DNA of 42,824 nucleotides from Aquificaceae bacterium. GTDB taxonomy: Bacteria; Pseudomonadota; Gammaproteobacteria; Thiotrichales; Thiotrichaceae. This document shows, one piece after another, positions 41,586 through 42,824 of this stretch; position 1 is the first letter of the stretch, and each line of letters starts with the position of its first letter. Location of the stretch: NCBI GenBank assembly GCA_003972955.1, contig QOAQ01000051.1, forward strand, positions 1-42,824, given 5' to 3'. Under the pieces are notes generated by a model, which made no database searches, had not been told where the DNA came from, and saw only the letters and a program-made list of their open reading frames with translations. The position numbers and the translations under genes were made by a program.

Positions 41586-42566
41586 ATGAAATACCACGTT
41601 TACGGCATTGGCAATGCACTTGTCGATATGGAGTTTAGCGTATCTGACGCTTTTCTAGCAAAAAATAATATCGAAAAAGGTCTAATGACACTAATAGAAG
41701 AAGATAAACAACAACAATTATCAGACAACTTAATCAAAGAATTCGGATTAAAGAAGCGTGCAGGGGGAGGGTCGGCTGCCAATACAATCGTTGCTATTAG
41801 TCAGTTAGGTGGTAAAACGTTTTATGCCTGCAAGGTAGCTGATGACGAAGGTGGCAACTTTTACATGAAAGACCTAGCTGAAGCAGGAGTTGAAACTAAA
41901 TTAGACAAGATAAAAGGTGACGGCATTACAGGAAAATGCATGGTAATGGTGACAGATGATGCAGAACGCACTATGAACACATACTTAGGCATCACTTCTG
42001 ATTTTTGTGAAGCTGACCTACAACTAGAACAGCTAAAAAACTCAGAATATCTTTATATCGAAGGCTATTTAGTAACCTCGGACTGCTCACGCAATGCGGC
42101 TATTGCTGCTCGAAAAATAGCAACAGAAAACGGAGTCAAAACAGCTTTCACTTTCTCTGACCCTGCAATGGTCACTTATTTTAAAGACGGTGTAACTGAG
42201 ATTATCGGTGATGGCGTTGATATTCTATTCTGCAATGAAGAAGAAGCACAAACATATACTTCCACTGATAATTTAGAAGATGCTATTACGGCTTTAGAGA
42301 GTATTGCGAAAAAAATCATCATCACCCAAGGAAAAGAAGGGGCAACGATAGTCAGTGCTGGCATGCGTACTTCAGTAGATGCTAAAAAAGTAACACCAGT
42401 TGACACTAATGGAGCGGGTGATATGTTTGCAGGCGCTTTCATGTATGGGTTAACACAGGGATATAGTGATCTTGATGCGGGAAACTTAGCCAGCCAAGCG
42501 GCAGCTGAAATTGTCACTACATTTGGGGCGCGCCTAGAAAAAGAAAGATTACAAGCAATGCTATAG
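41586..42566 (+). CDS. PfkB-family kinase, adenosine kinase-like
   Basis: 326 aa with N-terminal YGIGNALVDMEF, GGSAANT and a C-terminal DTNGAGDMFAGAFMYG (the ribokinase/PfkB signature). Confidence 0.8.
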   Translation: MKYHVYGIGNALVDMEFSVSDAFLAKNNIEKGLMTLIEEDKQQQLSDNLIKEFGLKKRAGGGSAANTIVAISQLGGKTFYACKVADDEGGNFYMKDLAEAGVETKLDKIKGDGITGKCMVMVTDDAERTMNTYLGITSDFCEADLQLEQLKNSEYLYIEGYLVTSDCSRNAAIAARKIATENGVKTAFTFSDPAMVTYFKDGVTEIIGDGVDILFCNEEEAQTYTSTDNLEDAITALESIAKKIIITQGKEGATIVSAGMRTSVDAKKVTPVDTNGAGDMFAGAFMYGLTQGYSDLDAGNLASQAAAEIVTTFGARLEKERLQAML

Positions 42567-42581
42567 GAGCTATAGCCTCTC

Positions 42582-42612
42582 GCACTCCATAAAAAGACTA
42601 TTCATGGAGTGC
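42582..42612. terminator. Hairpin between convergent genes (9-bp perfect stem GCACTCCAT / ATGGAGTGC, 13-nt loop)
   Basis: Read directly between the PfkB stop (42566) and the stop of the minus-strand FKBP gene (42659). No clear U-tract. Confidence 0.35.
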
Positions 42613-42658
42613 TACTTATACAAAAAATAAATAATGCAAGCATCTCTTCACTTACGCA

Positions 42659-42824
42659 TTATTTTTCTGCATTATCAAGAATTTCTTCAAGACTAGGATC
42701 GGCATCTACCTTCCCGCCTATCGCAATCTCTTCTTCTGTTGCATCACGGACTAAAGTTACCTCAAGAGTGAACATAACTTCTCTTCCAGAAAGCGGGTTA
42801 TTACCATCAACGGTTAATGTTTTA
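42659..42824 (-). CDS. FKBP-type peptidyl-prolyl isomerase (SlyD/FkpB-like), C-terminal fragment truncated by the window edge
   Basis: Manual minus-strand translation gives …KTLTVDGNNPLSGREVMFTLEVTLVRDATEEEIAIGGKVDADPSLEEILDNAEK*. The DGNxPLxG…F.VEV..VR.AT.EE pattern is typical of SlyD-type FKBPs. It is absent from the ORF track because the fragment is under 60 aa. Confidence 0.65.
   Translation of the reverse strand, partial: KTLTVDGNNPLSGREVMFTLEVTLVRDATEEEIAIGGKVDADPSLEEILDNAEK

Overview
AT-rich gammaproteobacterium-like chromosomal window (inferred from leuS-lptE and clpS-clpA synteny and a 14-gene nuo operon with separate nuoC and nuoD). It is dominated by core housekeeping genes. On the plus strand: erpA, a DUF455 ferritin-like gene, a lytic transglycosylase, pgi, an MscS-family channel, a DUF1415 gene, parE, a secreted GH-like protein, murI, a hemerythrin-like gene and a PfkB kinase. 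On the minus strand: a four-gene block (small Tat-signal protein, long tandem U32 protein, GT4 glycosyltransferase, unknown beta-propeller-like protein), a modular peptidoglycan-binding repeat protein, the complete nuoA-N operon, lptE, leuS, clpA, clpS and a partial FKBP/SlyD-type PPIase at the 3' edge. I saw no rRNA, tRNA, CRISPR array, transposase or integrase, and no convincing multi-gene defence or novel system. The most unusual signals are small non-coding elements. (1) A 159-bp MITE-like long palindrome with terminal inverted repeats and TAA flanks sits inside the nuo operon between nuoG and nuoH, and a truncated second copy abuts the nuoN stop codon. (2) A REP-like hairpin family (11.7 kb and 17.35 kb) shows complementary arm differences, and one copy carries a nested 37-nt mini-palindrome that recurs inverted at 843-879. 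(3) The first ~950 bp are ORF-poor and contain a direct-repeat-bracketed gene remnant. Among proteins, the internally duplicated U32 protein, the four-module Cys...PAxY...Trp peptidoglycan-binding protein, a secreted clan GH-A-like enzyme overlapping murI, and an orphan Tat-signal protein deserve a second look. All family assignments come from motif recognition by eye; no database search was possible.
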